A DNA stretch of 63,903 nucleotides, the filler included, from a bacterium (lineage in GTDB: Bacteria > UBA9089 > CG2-30-40-21 > SBAY01): NCBI GenBank assembly GCA_040757115.1. It is 6 parts of 6 records of this genome, joined end to end, with 100 filler letters (N's around TTAATTAATTAA, not from the genome) between each part and the next. Parts side by side here need not be neighbours in the genome. Positions count along the whole stretch, not along the records: positions 33,088 to 43,721 come from JBFLYA010000130.1; positions 43,822 to 54,428 come from JBFLYA010000131.1; 4 more parts are not named here. One strand, given 5' to 3'. This document shows, in pieces, positions 42,706-53,241 of this stretch; position 1 is the first letter of the stretch; each line of letters opens with the position of its first letter. The notes under the pieces are model-generated. The model had not been told where the DNA came from, did not search any database, and saw only the letters and a list, made by a program, of their open reading frames with translations. A program made the position numbers and the translations under genes.

Positions 42706-42924
42706 GCTCATCACCTCCAATTATTATAATACATATGTTCTAATTAGAATATACCATATAATCTTCAGAATGTCAAGTAATTTTTTGGAGGGTGTTGAAA
42801 AAGTCGTTTTTTAGGAAAGGGTAGTTTTTGGAGGGGTGAATTTTCTAAAAACTGCAAAACTGCCTCCCTCTTTGAATTTAAACCTCTCCTTTTTAACCTT
42901 TCTTTTTATTTTTCTTAATCTTTC

Positions 42925-43721
42925 GTAACTATTCAGCACAATTATTCGATCTGTGCGGTTAGAAGAGAAACTTCCCCGCATTAAGGTTAAAGACGTACTC
43001 TCCCTTCTCCGCCGCTGGCGGGGGGATTAAGGATGTGAAAATCTTCTCAACTACCATTTCAATACAGGTCGCAACTATTGCATAAACTCTGGCAATTGAC
43101 CTTCGAACAAGAGATTCAGACCCTGAATTGAACCAATTCCATTCTTCTTGCATGTCGAAATATAGCTCCGAATCCGGCAGAATATTTTAGCCCCTTCCAG
43201 CGACCTGAAACAACCAGAAATCTTTTGCTGAACTTTAGTCATACGAATATCATTTGGGTGTGGCTATTCTTAAACGACAGGAGATTTATTGTATCTCCTA
43301 TGGTTATGTAAAAAAGAGTTAATAAAAAAGTTCCCTCCGGGTATAGATATAAAGTAGCCATCTTAATATCTCTATCAGAGATAGTCTATTTTCAGTTATC
43401 TTTGTGTTCTTTGTGTCTCCTTTGAGAACTTTGTGTTTAATAATGTAGGTATCCTTAATTTAACCACAAACTTTACGAAGTTTTTCACAACGCTCACAGA
43501 GATATAGACTTATAATGTAATGTTCTTTATAAACAGATTCCTTAAAAAGGAACAGGAAGGCTGTTTTAACCGTCGTCCAAAAGTAGCCACACCCATATCA
43601 TTTTCACTCTGGTTGTTAGTAAAAGGAACATCTTTGTCTCCCATAAACCTTAATGTCTCATTCTCATAGTCCCTTAGCCGTTCCAGAAGATTATGTGCCT
43701 TTGTCTTCTTTGGTCTGCCCC
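42925..43721 (-). mobile_element. IS66-family (ISBst12-like) element, right part; transposase interrupted
   Basis: [57 protein letters not shown], stop at 43075; terminal gtaactattcagc at 42925. Confidence 0.88.
43256..43594. mobile_element. MITE with GGGTGTGGCTA TIRs inserted in the IS66 transposase
   Basis: gggtgtggcta / tagccacaccc, 9-bp TSD atatcattt. Confidence 0.9.
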
Positions 43722-44000
43722 NNNNNNNNNNNNNNNNNNNNNNNNNNNNNNNNNNNNNNNNNNNNTTAATTAATTAANNNNNNNNNNNNNNNNNNNNNNN
43801 NNNNNNNNNNNNNNNNNNNNNGAAATTTGCAATTGGGTCAGACAACTGTTTTTCAAAGAGCTTTTAATCTGGAGTTATCAACAAGGCAAAACCGGAAAAT
43901 CTATTGATTCTGTGTTGACAACTCTCTAAAAAACGCAAAAGTTTAGTTTACTATATCACAAAAAATATACTTTGTCAACAGGCTTTCAATCGGCTACCAG

Positions 44001-44201
44001 GTAACCGTTCAAGTAGTCCTTTACCGCAGAGACGCAAGAGTTCGCAGAGAAGACATAGAAATAAAGTAACTATTCAGCCACTGATTAACACGGATAAAAA
44101 AATAAAATCAGTGTTTCATCTGTGTCCATCTGTGGCTGAATAGTTACCAATAAATTTTAATTTTTTCTCTGCGTCTCTGTGCCTCTGCGGTGAACAGTTA
44201 C
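44001..44201. mobile_element. GxxExxY-derived IS66-end MITE with a nested MITE (44066-44147)
   Basis: 8-bp TSD gctaccag; retains atagaaataaa and aataaattttaa gene tips. Confidence 0.88.
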
Positions 44202-44680
44202 GCTACCAGAAACTGATTGACAATTTTTTGCCACTTCTCTTGTTTCGGAAAACAAATAAGGAATAAAACAAAAGATAGCCCGATTAAAAAATAAAATTCT
44301 CCTAACAGGCTACCTATTAAAAATAAAACAAGGCCGTATAAAGCAATGGTTTCACATAAAGCAAAGATAAGGATGTTTCCCGAGATTAATGGTCTTATAA
44401 TTTCATCAATTTTAGATTCTGATGTTAATGGAATTTTACCGGAATTATCTAAAAACCTTTTCAGGATAAGAATAACCACTATGGTTAAAGCAGAGATTAA
44501 ATAAAGTATGTTTTTAAGCCAGTCAAATTCTTTGAATTTAACTAAACCTTCAAAAGAGAAGTGGTGAAGTATATTTGGGATAAACAGATAAATAATCAAC
44601 GAAAGGATATTGGCAAAATATACTATTCGAATAGTTAAAAGGGCATGGTTAAATTTAGTTTTTGAAGTTGGTTCTAACAT
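44198..44680 (-). CDS. Four-TM hypothetical membrane protein
   Basis: Hydrophobic segments, ALCETIALYGLV; AGGAG RBS. Confidence 0.75.
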   Translation of the reverse strand: MLEPTSKTKFNHALLTIRIVYFANILSLIIYLFIPNILHHFSFEGLVKFKEFDWLKNILYLISALTIVVILILKRFLDNSGKIPLTSESKIDEIIRPLISGNILIFALCETIALYGLVLFLIGSLLGEFYFLIGLSFVLFLICFPKQEKWQKIVNQFLVA

Positions 44681-45083
44681 TGTATCTCTCCTGAAAATAG
44701 TTAATTAGAGATTAGAGAATTAGTGAATTAGAACCTGCACTCTTGCTAATCTCTAATCTCCAATCTCTAATCTCTATGCTCAATTTTCATCCTCGTTTGT
44801 GAACCGCAGGTTCATGCCTGGTTCTCCTGAAAATAATCCGCAGATTTCGCAGATTACACAGATTTTTATTTTTTTATCTCCCCACTGGCGGGAGATTAAG
44901 AGGTTAGGGGATTCTTTTATTCCCGAATCCCGAGTCCCTTAATTTTCATCGTCATTTGTGCCTTGGAGGGGCATGTCCGTTTCCCCTGAAAATCGGGACT
45001 CGGGACTTGGGGTTCGGGACTCGGGAAGGCTGGTAGCCGCAGGCTTCAGCCTGATTTCACCTGAAGCATCAAACCCTTGTTAC

Positions 45084-46826
45084 TTAAATTCTCATAAATC
45101 GTTTCTCCAGTTCATTTAAACTCATCTTGATTATTACTGGTCTGCCGTGTGGGCAGGTAAAAGGTAATTGTGTTTGTGATAATTGTAAAATCAATGCCTC
45201 TATTTCCTGTTGAACTAATTTATCACCAGCTTTTATGGCACAGTGGCAACTCATTGAGATAAGTATCTTCTCTCGAATTTCTTGAGGTGTCTTACTCCTT
45301 TCTATTGTTTGAATTTCATAAATAAGTTCAAAAATTAACTCCCTGGGCTCTCCTTTTTCTAATGCGGCGGGAACAGAACGAACAATAAATGAATTCTGTC
45401 CAAATTCTTCTATCTCAAACCCTAATGAATTAAAAATAGGTAGATTTTGAACCAGAACCGCTGTCTCTTTATAATCCGTCTCAAGGGTAATGGGGATTAG
45501 TAGAATTTGTGCAGGTAAAATCCGTTCATCAATGGCTTCCTTCATTAATTTCTCATAAAGGACTCGTTCATGAGCCGCATGCTGGTCAATGATAAAAATA
45601 TCCTCTTTACCCTGAGCAATAATATAGGTATTAAATACCTGACCAATAACCTGTAATTCAGCAGGAAGTGATAAGTGAGGAGAGGGTAGGGGAGGTATGG
45701 TTAGTGGTGAGGGTGGCGTCATAGTAGGTGTTTGTTTAATTGTGTAATCTGGAAGAGGTATTTCCTGTTGCATCATTGGTTGAGGTTTGACCCACTGTGT
45801 TTGAACTTCAGGAGGTCGGACATCAGGTATTAAACTCGCCCTGGATAGGGTGTTTCGGATTGCCTCTACCAATAAATTATGCACCTCATTCTCATTATGA
45901 AATCGTATCTCCCGTTTTGTGGGATGAACATTTACATCTACTTTGTCAGGGGCGATGTTTATAAAAATTATAACGATGGGGTGTTTATCTTTAGGAAGTA
46001 ATGTATGATACCCTTGATAAATAGCATGGGTAACAGTTTTATTCATCACATAACGGTAATTAACAAATATAGATTGGAGATTTCTATCAGGACGGGTATG
46101 AATCGGTTTGGCTAAAAAACCACTTACTTCAAGCAGATTACTTTTAAATTCAATCGGCAAAATGTCTTGTGATAATTCTTTTCCTAAAAAGTGAAGTATT
46201 CTTTCTTTAAAATCCGAACTGGCGGCAACATTGATTATCTCCTGATTATTATGAATTAATCTAAATGAAACCTGCGGATGACTGAGTGCATTTTGATAGA
46301 CAACATCATTGATATGAGCGATTTCGGTGATATTAGTTTTAAGGAATTTTTTTCGAGCCGGGGTATTGAAGAATAAATTTTCAACTTCAATTACCGTGCC
46401 TATTGCCGCACCTATTTCGGTTACCTCTTTGATTTTACCACCCTCAAGTTTGACTGATGTGCCAGAAATACTCTCTTTGGGTCGGGTAATAAGTTTGATT
46501 TGAGAGACAGCGGCAATACTGGGTAATGCCTCCCCTCTAAAACCAAAAGAACAAATTGCATCTAAGTCTTTTGCAGTAGAAATTTTACTTGTAGCAAATC
46601 GCTCAAAAGCTAATACAGCGTCTTCTTTACTCATCCCCTCGCCATTATCCGAGACTCGGATGAGACTTTTTCCGCCATCAATCACTTCAACCACAACTTT
46701 TGTGCTTTTGGCATCAAGTGAATTTTCGACTAATTCCTTGACAACAGATGCCGGTCTTTGCACCACTTCACCTGCGGCGATTTTATTCGCAATTTCCTCT
46801 GGTAAAATTTTAATCCTTGAACTCAT
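45084..46826 (-). CDS. mutL: DNA mismatch repair endonuclease MutL
   Basis: KIAAGEVV, GFRGEAL, DVNVHPTK, DQHAAHERVLYE, CPHGRP. Confidence 0.96.
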   Translation of the reverse strand: MSSRIKILPEEIANKIAAGEVVQRPASVVKELVENSLDAKSTKVVVEVIDGGKSLIRVSDNGEGMSKEDAVLAFERFATSKISTAKDLDAICSFGFRGEALPSIAAVSQIKLITRPKESISGTSVKLEGGKIKEVTEIGAAIGTVIEVENLFFNTPARKKFLKTNITEIAHINDVVYQNALSHPQVSFRLIHNNQEIINVAASSDFKERILHFLGKELSQDILPIEFKSNLLEVSGFLAKPIHTRPDRNLQSIFVNYRYVMNKTVTHAIYQGYHTLLPKDKHPIVIIFINIAPDKVDVNVHPTKREIRFHNENEVHNLLVEAIRNTLSRASLIPDVRPPEVQTQWVKPQPMMQQEIPLPDYTIKQTPTMTPPSPLTIPPLPSPHLSLPAELQVIGQVFNTYIIAQGKEDIFIIDQHAAHERVLYEKLMKEAIDERILPAQILLIPITLETDYKETAVLVQNLPIFNSLGFEIEEFGQNSFIVRSVPAALEKGEPRELIFELIYEIQTIERSKTPQEIREKILISMSCHCAIKAGDKLVQQEIEALILQLSQTQLPFTCPHGRPVIIKMSLNELEKRFMRI

Positions 46827-46916
46827 CCCTCAACTTTTATTGTATAATATTCATTTTATAATGTCAACTAAAAAATAGTTGCAAAGTAGAATTATTTGTG
46901 ATATAGTTAATCTACG

Positions 46917-48326
46917 ATGAAAATCTTATTAATCTCTCCACCTAAAATGAAAACACAGGATTCCCCCTTAATTGTCTTCGAAGAGGTGCCAAAATACTAT
47001 CCTCCACTGGATTTGATGTCTATTGCGGCTTGTTTGAAGAAAGATTATGATGTAGAAATTCTGGATGCACAGGTCTTAAATCTGAGTTATGAGGACATTC
47101 GTCAGGAAATAATAGCTAAATCCCCAAATATTATTGGAATCAAAACAACTATCTACACATTATTAGAAACGATTGATGTCGCTAAACTAATAAAAGAAAT
47201 AGACAATTCTATCCATATAAATTTATGCGGTCCTCATACTCATATTTTTCCAGAAATAATTAATTTACCCTGTATTGATTCATTAATTATTGGTGAAGAA
47301 GAGATTGTTTTTAGTCAATTAGTAAATTCTTTTCATAATCTAAGTCAGATAAAAGGTATAATTTATAAAGAGAATGGTCAAATTATTCACAGTCCTTCCC
47401 AGGAGGTAATTTTCAATCTTGATTCTTTACCTTATCCGGCTCGGGAGATGACTCCATACAAAAAATACACGATTAATTCAAACACGATTTTTACCACGAT
47501 ATTAAGTAGTCGGGGATGTCCTTATGATTGTCTTGAGTGTCATTTGCCTGCATTTAGTAAGAGTTTTCGAACAAGAAGCAGTGTGAATGTAGTTAATGAA
47601 ATACAAGAATGTTTAAAATTAGGTATTCAGGAGTTTATCTTTGTTGATGATGTGTTCACACTTAATCGCAAACGGGTTTTTGAACTATGCGACGAAATCA
47701 TAAGACGGAATCTAAAGATTAAATGGCGGATTAACGCCAGAGCCAATAATATCGATTATAGTCTGGTATTAAAATTAAAGGAGGCAGGTTGTCATTGGAT
47801 TCATTATGAAATGACGAGTGGTGTGCAGAGTATGTTAGATTTTTTAAAAAAAGAAATTACTCTAAAGCAAATCCAATACGCTATTAAAGTCACTCAGGAT
47901 GTCCGAATAACCAGTTCTGTAGATATTATCCTTGGATTACCTGCACAAACAAAAGAAGATGTTCAGGCGACTCTCAGAGTTGTTAATAAAATTAATCCTG
48001 ATTTTGTCAATTTTCTGCTTAATCTTCCATATCTAGGTCCGGAGGGTTCAAAAATCCTTATGTGGACACAAGAAACCAGTCTATCTCATTATTACAGGCA
48101 TCTAAATCTTTTCTTTGATTCTAATCTGGAATTTCCGTTACATCAAAATATCGATGAACTGATAACGCTATTAAAACTTGCCTATAAAAAATTTTACTTC
48201 AGACCAGGCTTTTTTATTAAACAGTCTTTAACTTCACATTCCTATGATGTGTTTAAAAAGCGGATAAAGATTAGCCTTAAGGTAATGGTCAGTGAAATGG
48301 GGGATTCTCCTGAAAGTAGGAAGTAG
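46917..48326 (+). CDS. B12-binding radical SAM protein
   Basis: N-terminal cobalamin-binding-like domain (YPPL..GPH); SRGCPYDCLEC; FVDDVF. Confidence 0.85.
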   Translation: MKILLISPPKMKTQDSPLIVFEEVPKYYPPLDLMSIAACLKKDYDVEILDAQVLNLSYEDIRQEIIAKSPNIIGIKTTIYTLLETIDVAKLIKEIDNSIHINLCGPHTHIFPEIINLPCIDSLIIGEEEIVFSQLVNSFHNLSQIKGIIYKENGQIIHSPSQEVIFNLDSLPYPAREMTPYKKYTINSNTIFTTILSSRGCPYDCLECHLPAFSKSFRTRSSVNVVNEIQECLKLGIQEFIFVDDVFTLNRKRVFELCDEIIRRNLKIKWRINARANNIDYSLVLKLKEAGCHWIHYEMTSGVQSMLDFLKKEITLKQIQYAIKVTQDVRITSSVDIILGLPAQTKEDVQATLRVVNKINPDFVNFLLNLPYLGPEGSKILMWTQETSLSHYYRHLNLFFDSNLEFPLHQNIDELITLLKLAYKKFYFRPGFFIKQSLTSHSYDVFKKRIKISLKVMVSEMGDSPESRK

Positions 48327-48508
48327 GAGAGTAGGAGAGTAGGAAAGTAGGAAAGGGGGAGACATTGCCCCCAGAAGAGGAATACCGTGCACATCCTTTA
48401 TCCCTTTCCTACTTACCTACTACCTACTTGCCTACTATTTTCATTGCTCTGTCCTCCGCAGGTTAATGTTTATTCCCCCAAATAACTGACGTATTACGCC
48501 TTAAGACA

Positions 48509-49261
48509 TTAAAGATTTAATCTCATCAAATCTTCAGATAATAAAAATTCGCCTGAGTAGTGCTTTTTGCATTGAGCGGCTAAATCATAATCATCACATA
48601 AAGGATAAAAATGGGTCAGGACTAATTTTTTACAATTAGACTCACTGGCAATCTTAGCGGCAAAATAAGGTGTAAGATGTCCTTCAACCTTAATCTCATC
48701 AGGAAAGGCACATTCCAAAATTAATAAATCCGTGTTTTGAGCCAATTTAACTATCTGCGGACAATAATCTGTATCACCAGAGATAGTTACACTTTTGCCC
48801 TCTTTGGTCTGGAATCTGTAACCAACACTATTTTCACTGTGGATGATAGGCATTGTCTTTAATCGCCAATTATCAAATTCAATCTCATTATCACGCACTT
48901 CTGTAAGGAAGAGATTATAACTTTGTGGGGTAATCCAATCACCATATACTTTAAGTAGTCTATCATAGAAATCTTTAAACCCAACAGGTCCGATTACTTT
49001 CAGGTCATTTTCTCTTAATCGTACTGGATTTTTGTAGGCAAAAAGGAATGAGACAAAATCAATCGTATGGTCTGGATGAAGATGGGTGTAAAGTAGATAA
49101 TCAATTTCTAAATAATCTAACTGTGCCTCTAATAATTTCCTTAGTGTTCCAGAACCACTATCAATGAGGATATTTTGATTTTCAATCTTTAAAAATATAG
49201 CCGGCGATGCCCGTTTTAAAGTAGGGATAGCCGTTCCTGAGCCAATAATGATTATTTCCAT
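48509..49261 (-). CDS. Metallo-beta-lactamase fold hydrolase (RNase Z/BN-like)
   Basis: GSG, THLHPDH, SGDT, LECAF, GHLT, LTHFYP. Confidence 0.88.
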   Translation of the reverse strand: MEIIIIGSGTAIPTLKRASPAIFLKIENQNILIDSGSGTLRKLLEAQLDYLEIDYLLYTHLHPDHTIDFVSFLFAYKNPVRLRENDLKVIGPVGFKDFYDRLLKVYGDWITPQSYNLFLTEVRDNEIEFDNWRLKTMPIIHSENSVGYRFQTKEGKSVTISGDTDYCPQIVKLAQNTDLLILECAFPDEIKVEGHLTPYFAAKIASESNCKKLVLTHFYPLCDDYDLAAQCKKHYSGEFLLSEDLMRLNL

Positions 49262-49290
49262 AAGTAAAATATACTATCGAGGCTTATTAT

Positions 49291-49500
49291 CTAAACTTTG
49301 GCAAAAAATATAAGAGACGACAGGAAAAAACTTAAAATTTAAAACTAAAAATGCAAAACTCGTTTATAGTTTATAGTGTATAGTTTATAGTGTATAGTTT
49401 ATAGTGTATAGTCCTTCCACTAACAACTATCAACTATAAACTATCAACGATTTTTAGTTTTAAGTTTTTCAAAGAAGTTTGCAAATTTGCCAAAGTTTAG
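49291..49500. mobile_element. MITE with CTAAACTTTGGCAAA TIRs
   Basis: Perfect 15-bp TIRs, flanking ttattat duplicated, internal tatag heptamer arms. Confidence 0.8.
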
Positions 49501-49513
49501 TTATTATCTGCCC

Positions 49514-51799
49514 TCATCTGGGTATTTTACCCTTTAATAGGGCGATTTTATCCTTAATTAATTCAGATAATTCACCTTTACCATAGATACTTGTCGGATA
49601 GGTTTTTTGGAGTTTTTCATAAATTAAAGCGGCTTTTTGATATTCACCTGCCTGTTCCTCACATTCTGCAATATGATATAAGGCATGCGGGACTAAATCA
49701 GAGGCAGGAAAGTTATCTGCGACCTTTTGCCACTGTTCTTTAGCCTTATCAAATTCTCCCATTGCATAAAATGTTTCTGCCTTTCCGTAGATAGCATAGG
49801 GACTCCAATAACTATCCGGATATTCATTAATAAGTTTATCATATTGAGTAATTGCCGAGTTATATTCACCATATTCTTGAGTTCTACGGGCAGTATCATA
49901 AAGGACTTTTGATTGTTCATCCTTTAGTTTATTTTCGGCAGTGGTCAGTAATTCTTTAGATGTATTAGCAAATTTAGTGTCAGGATAGGTATCTATTATT
50001 TTTTTAAATTGTAAAGCCGCATCTTGTAAATTTCCCTGTTCATAAAGGCGAAGGGCAAGATTATACTCTTCTTCGGCACTCTTTGGCGTTCCTTTTTTTG
50101 AAATAGCGACTAAGTTTTCCTCTGACTTTTTAGCATATTCCGTATTCGGATAATTTTCCTTTATCTCTTCAAACCATTCTGTTGCACTCTTATAGTCACC
50201 TAAGGCATAATATCGAAGGGCAATATCGAATTTGCGTTTAACTCGGTCGGTTTTCATTGCTTCTTCTGCCTCATTAATTCCAGATTGAGCCAATGTAGCA
50301 TATTCAGTATTGGGGTAGTTAGTGATAATTTGTTGAAAGGTATTTATTGCCAGAGGATAGCTTTTTTCTTTCATCAAAGTAAGTCCTTTTTTATATATTT
50401 TATAAGCCTCATCTTCACTTTCTTTGGTTTCTATTTCTAATAGTTTTTTCTGGGCATCTTCTTTATACTCAGTCTTTGGATATTCGGTGACAATTTCTTT
50501 AAATCCCTCTTTTGCCTTAGCCAATTTTTCCTCTTCATAAAGTTTCGTTGATTCCTCCCATTTCTTCTTAGCCTGTAAGTAATCTTTTTCTTCTTCAATC
50601 AAGGTCATTGCTTTTTCGGCTAATTTAGCATATTCACTTTCAGGGAATTCAAACATTACTCGTTTAAATTCGTGGATTGCCTCATCATAATTTTTTTGTC
50701 TTAGTGCTACCTCTCCTCGGTCATATATGGTGCGTGCCTCTTTGTATGAAGTAACCACTAAATCTTCATTAATTTTTGACAATAATCCTTTAGCCTCATT
50801 TATTAGTTTGCTATCAGGATATTTATTAATCAATCTGGTAATTTTCTCTTTAGATTCCTTGTATTTTTTATCGGCATAAAGAGAATTAGCCTGGTCTAAT
50901 AATTCTTTTGCCTGTTTTTCTTCATACTCTGCTTTAATCTTCTCAATTGCCTTTTGAGAAGAATCAACATATTTACTCTTTGGATATTCTTTTATTAATT
51001 TCTCAAATGAAGCGATAGCCTCCTGGTCATTCTCCAATCGGTATTGACACCAGCCAATAGAATATAAGCAATAATCAATATATTTACTTTCAGGATAATT
51101 TGTGATAACCTTTTTATATTCTTTTAATGCCTCCTCGAATTTATTTTGATAATAGAAAGATTCACTTATTTTCAATTGAGCGTAATGAGCAAAATTACTT
51201 GTTTTAAATTTCGTCAGGAAATCTCTAAATAAAGAAATAGCCTGTTGATAATCCTTTGCCTCATAAGATGCTTTCGCCTTTTGTAACAATTCTTCTTCAG
51301 TTTCAGTCTGTTGAATAGTCGGTTGCTGTGTAGTGGCTGTTGCTGTTACAGATTTAGAAGGGAGATATTTTTCTAATTCTGACAGGTTATATTCTGCGTA
51401 ATTTGCATCCGGGGTATCTGGATAGCGTGTTTTAATTTTAGTAAATGCCCTTTTCGCACCGGCATAATCGCCTAGTTTTTGGAAAGATTCACCAGCTCGA
51501 CTTAATGCCTGTTTTGCCATTTCTAACCCCGGGTATAAATCTGCCACTTTTTCAAAAAGCATTGCCGCATTTAAAAAATTTCGGAGTTGGTATTCGCATT
51601 CTGCTGATAGCAATTGGATATCAGAAACTTTTTCTCCAGACGGATGAAGGTCTAAGTATTTCTGGCAAAATTTATTTGCCTCATTAAAATCACCTTTGTT
51701 AAATGAATTAACTGCCTGGTCATAAATTTTAATCTCATCCTGAGCCCAAACATTTATACTTAGCCCTATTAATAATAAACAGATTAAAAATCTTCTCAT
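49514..51799 (-). CDS. Exported multi-TPR protein (BamD/CpoB-like repeats)
   Basis: Signal peptide; many YP.S/T.YA TPR units. Confidence 0.88.
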   Translation of the reverse strand: MRRFLICLLLIGLSINVWAQDEIKIYDQAVNSFNKGDFNEANKFCQKYLDLHPSGEKVSDIQLLSAECEYQLRNFLNAAMLFEKVADLYPGLEMAKQALSRAGESFQKLGDYAGAKRAFTKIKTRYPDTPDANYAEYNLSELEKYLPSKSVTATATTQQPTIQQTETEEELLQKAKASYEAKDYQQAISLFRDFLTKFKTSNFAHYAQLKISESFYYQNKFEEALKEYKKVITNYPESKYIDYCLYSIGWCQYRLENDQEAIASFEKLIKEYPKSKYVDSSQKAIEKIKAEYEEKQAKELLDQANSLYADKKYKESKEKITRLINKYPDSKLINEAKGLLSKINEDLVVTSYKEARTIYDRGEVALRQKNYDEAIHEFKRVMFEFPESEYAKLAEKAMTLIEEEKDYLQAKKKWEESTKLYEEEKLAKAKEGFKEIVTEYPKTEYKEDAQKKLLEIETKESEDEAYKIYKKGLTLMKEKSYPLAINTFQQIITNYPNTEYATLAQSGINEAEEAMKTDRVKRKFDIALRYYALGDYKSATEWFEEIKENYPNTEYAKKSEENLVAISKKGTPKSAEEEYNLALRLYEQGNLQDAALQFKKIIDTYPDTKFANTSKELLTTAENKLKDEQSKVLYDTARRTQEYGEYNSAITQYDKLINEYPDSYWSPYAIYGKAETFYAMGEFDKAKEQWQKVADNFPASDLVPHALYHIAECEEQAGEYQKAALIYEKLQKTYPTSIYGKGELSELIKDKIALLKGKIPR

Positions 51800-51870
51800 T
51801 TTTTACACCTCACTTTGGGAAGATATAATATTTTTATCATAAATTTCTTCTGCTGTCAAGAAAAAAGTTT

Positions 51871-52121
51871 GTAAGCGTTCAGGTGGTGTAACAAAAGGAG
51901 ATGTGGAGATTAAGGAGATAGGGAGATATTATTAAAAAAATTGAAATTAATAGAAATTTATGGAAATTTGTTGTTTTCCACAATCAATTTCTACCTATTT
52001 TTGCTTCGCAACATTTTTCGAATTCTATAAATTTCAATCTATTTCTATTATCTTATCTCCATATCACTCTTATCTCCTTATCCCCTTTCTTACACTTTTG
52101 ATATATAGCCTGAACGGTTAC
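51871..52121. mobile_element. IS66-end MITE
   Basis: gtaagcgttcagg...cctgaacggttac with 8-bp TSD aaaagttt. Confidence 0.93.
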
Positions 52122-52158
52122 AAAAGTTTGATAAGTTGATAAGGAATTATGTTTATTT

Positions 52159-53121
52159 CTACTGGATAGTAAGAATAAAGCTACCCGTTGAGGTAAATTT
52201 TTGAATACGGTGATTATAGGTATCTACGACATAAAGATTTCCTGCAGAGTTTCTGGCGATACCAGTTGGTTGATTGAACTCACCATCCGCAGAACCAAAC
52301 TTACCAAATTTAAGGATAAAACTTCCAAAAGGGCTAAATTTCTGTATTCGGTGATTATCGGTATCAAGCACAAAAATATCATCAGAGGCATCCGAACAAA
52401 TCCCTTGTGGTTGATTAAAATCTCCATCTTCACTACTTCCAAATTTACCCCATTTATGAAGATATAAACCCGTGGGGCTAAATTTTTGAATTCGATTATT
52501 GCCCATATCAACCACATAAATATTACTTAAGGAATCTACATCTACTCCTGAGGGATACCTAAACTGTCCCTCCCCGGTTCCAGCACTACCTATTTGAATG
52601 GTAAAATTTCCAGTTGAGGTAAATTTTTGTATCCGATGATTATAGGTATCGACAACATAGACATTATCATTCTTATCAACATAGATACTATAAGGTCGGT
52701 CAAACTCTCCCTCTTCAAATCCAGGTTGACCAAAAGTTAGCAGGAAATTTCCATCTCTATCAAACTTTTGTATTCGGTAGTTATTAGTATCCGCCACATA
52801 AATATTACCAACCGAATCTACTCCTACGCCGTAAGGGAATTTAAACTTACCTGTTTCTGTGCCCATACTGCCCAGTTTCATAATAATATCACCATTTTTA
52901 TTAAATTTACAGATTCGATGATTATTGGTATCCGCAATATAGATATTATCTTCTTTATCTATCGCAATCCCGTGTGGAAACTGGAGGTTATGGCGACGAT
53001 AAGTCCATTGAGATAAGGTATCATCACGGTATTCTTCACTTACATTAACAGGCACCTGCGGCGAAGAAGCACAACCAACGAGGATTAAATTAATGACTAA
53101 AAGGAATAAAATCTGTCTCAT
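52159..53121 (-). CDS. NHL-repeat beta-propeller lipoprotein
   Basis: Lipobox LVGC; six F..P.G..VD..GN.YV.DT.N.RIQKF repeats. Confidence 0.9.
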   Translation of the reverse strand: MRQILFLLVINLILVGCASSPQVPVNVSEEYRDDTLSQWTYRRHNLQFPHGIAIDKEDNIYIADTNNHRICKFNKNGDIIMKLGSMGTETGKFKFPYGVGVDSVGNIYVADTNNYRIQKFDRDGNFLLTFGQPGFEEGEFDRPYSIYVDKNDNVYVVDTYNHRIQKFTSTGNFTIQIGSAGTGEGQFRYPSGVDVDSLSNIYVVDMGNNRIQKFSPTGLYLHKWGKFGSSEDGDFNQPQGICSDASDDIFVLDTDNHRIQKFSPFGSFILKFGKFGSADGEFNQPTGIARNSAGNLYVVDTYNHRIQKFTSTGSFILTIQ

Positions 53122-53189
53122 TTATCTTGTAAAGAATTATAGCATTTTGAATTACAATTGTCAACTAATAAGAATACCCCAAAAAATCC

Positions 53190-53219
53190 TTGACAAATAA
53201 TGCGGTAATGTGATATACT
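53190..53219 (+). promoter_or_regulatory. Sigma70 promoter for tRNA-His
   Basis: TTGACA-18 bp-TATACT. Confidence 0.6.
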
Positions 53220-53241
53220 TATTATTAATAAGGGAAAATAT

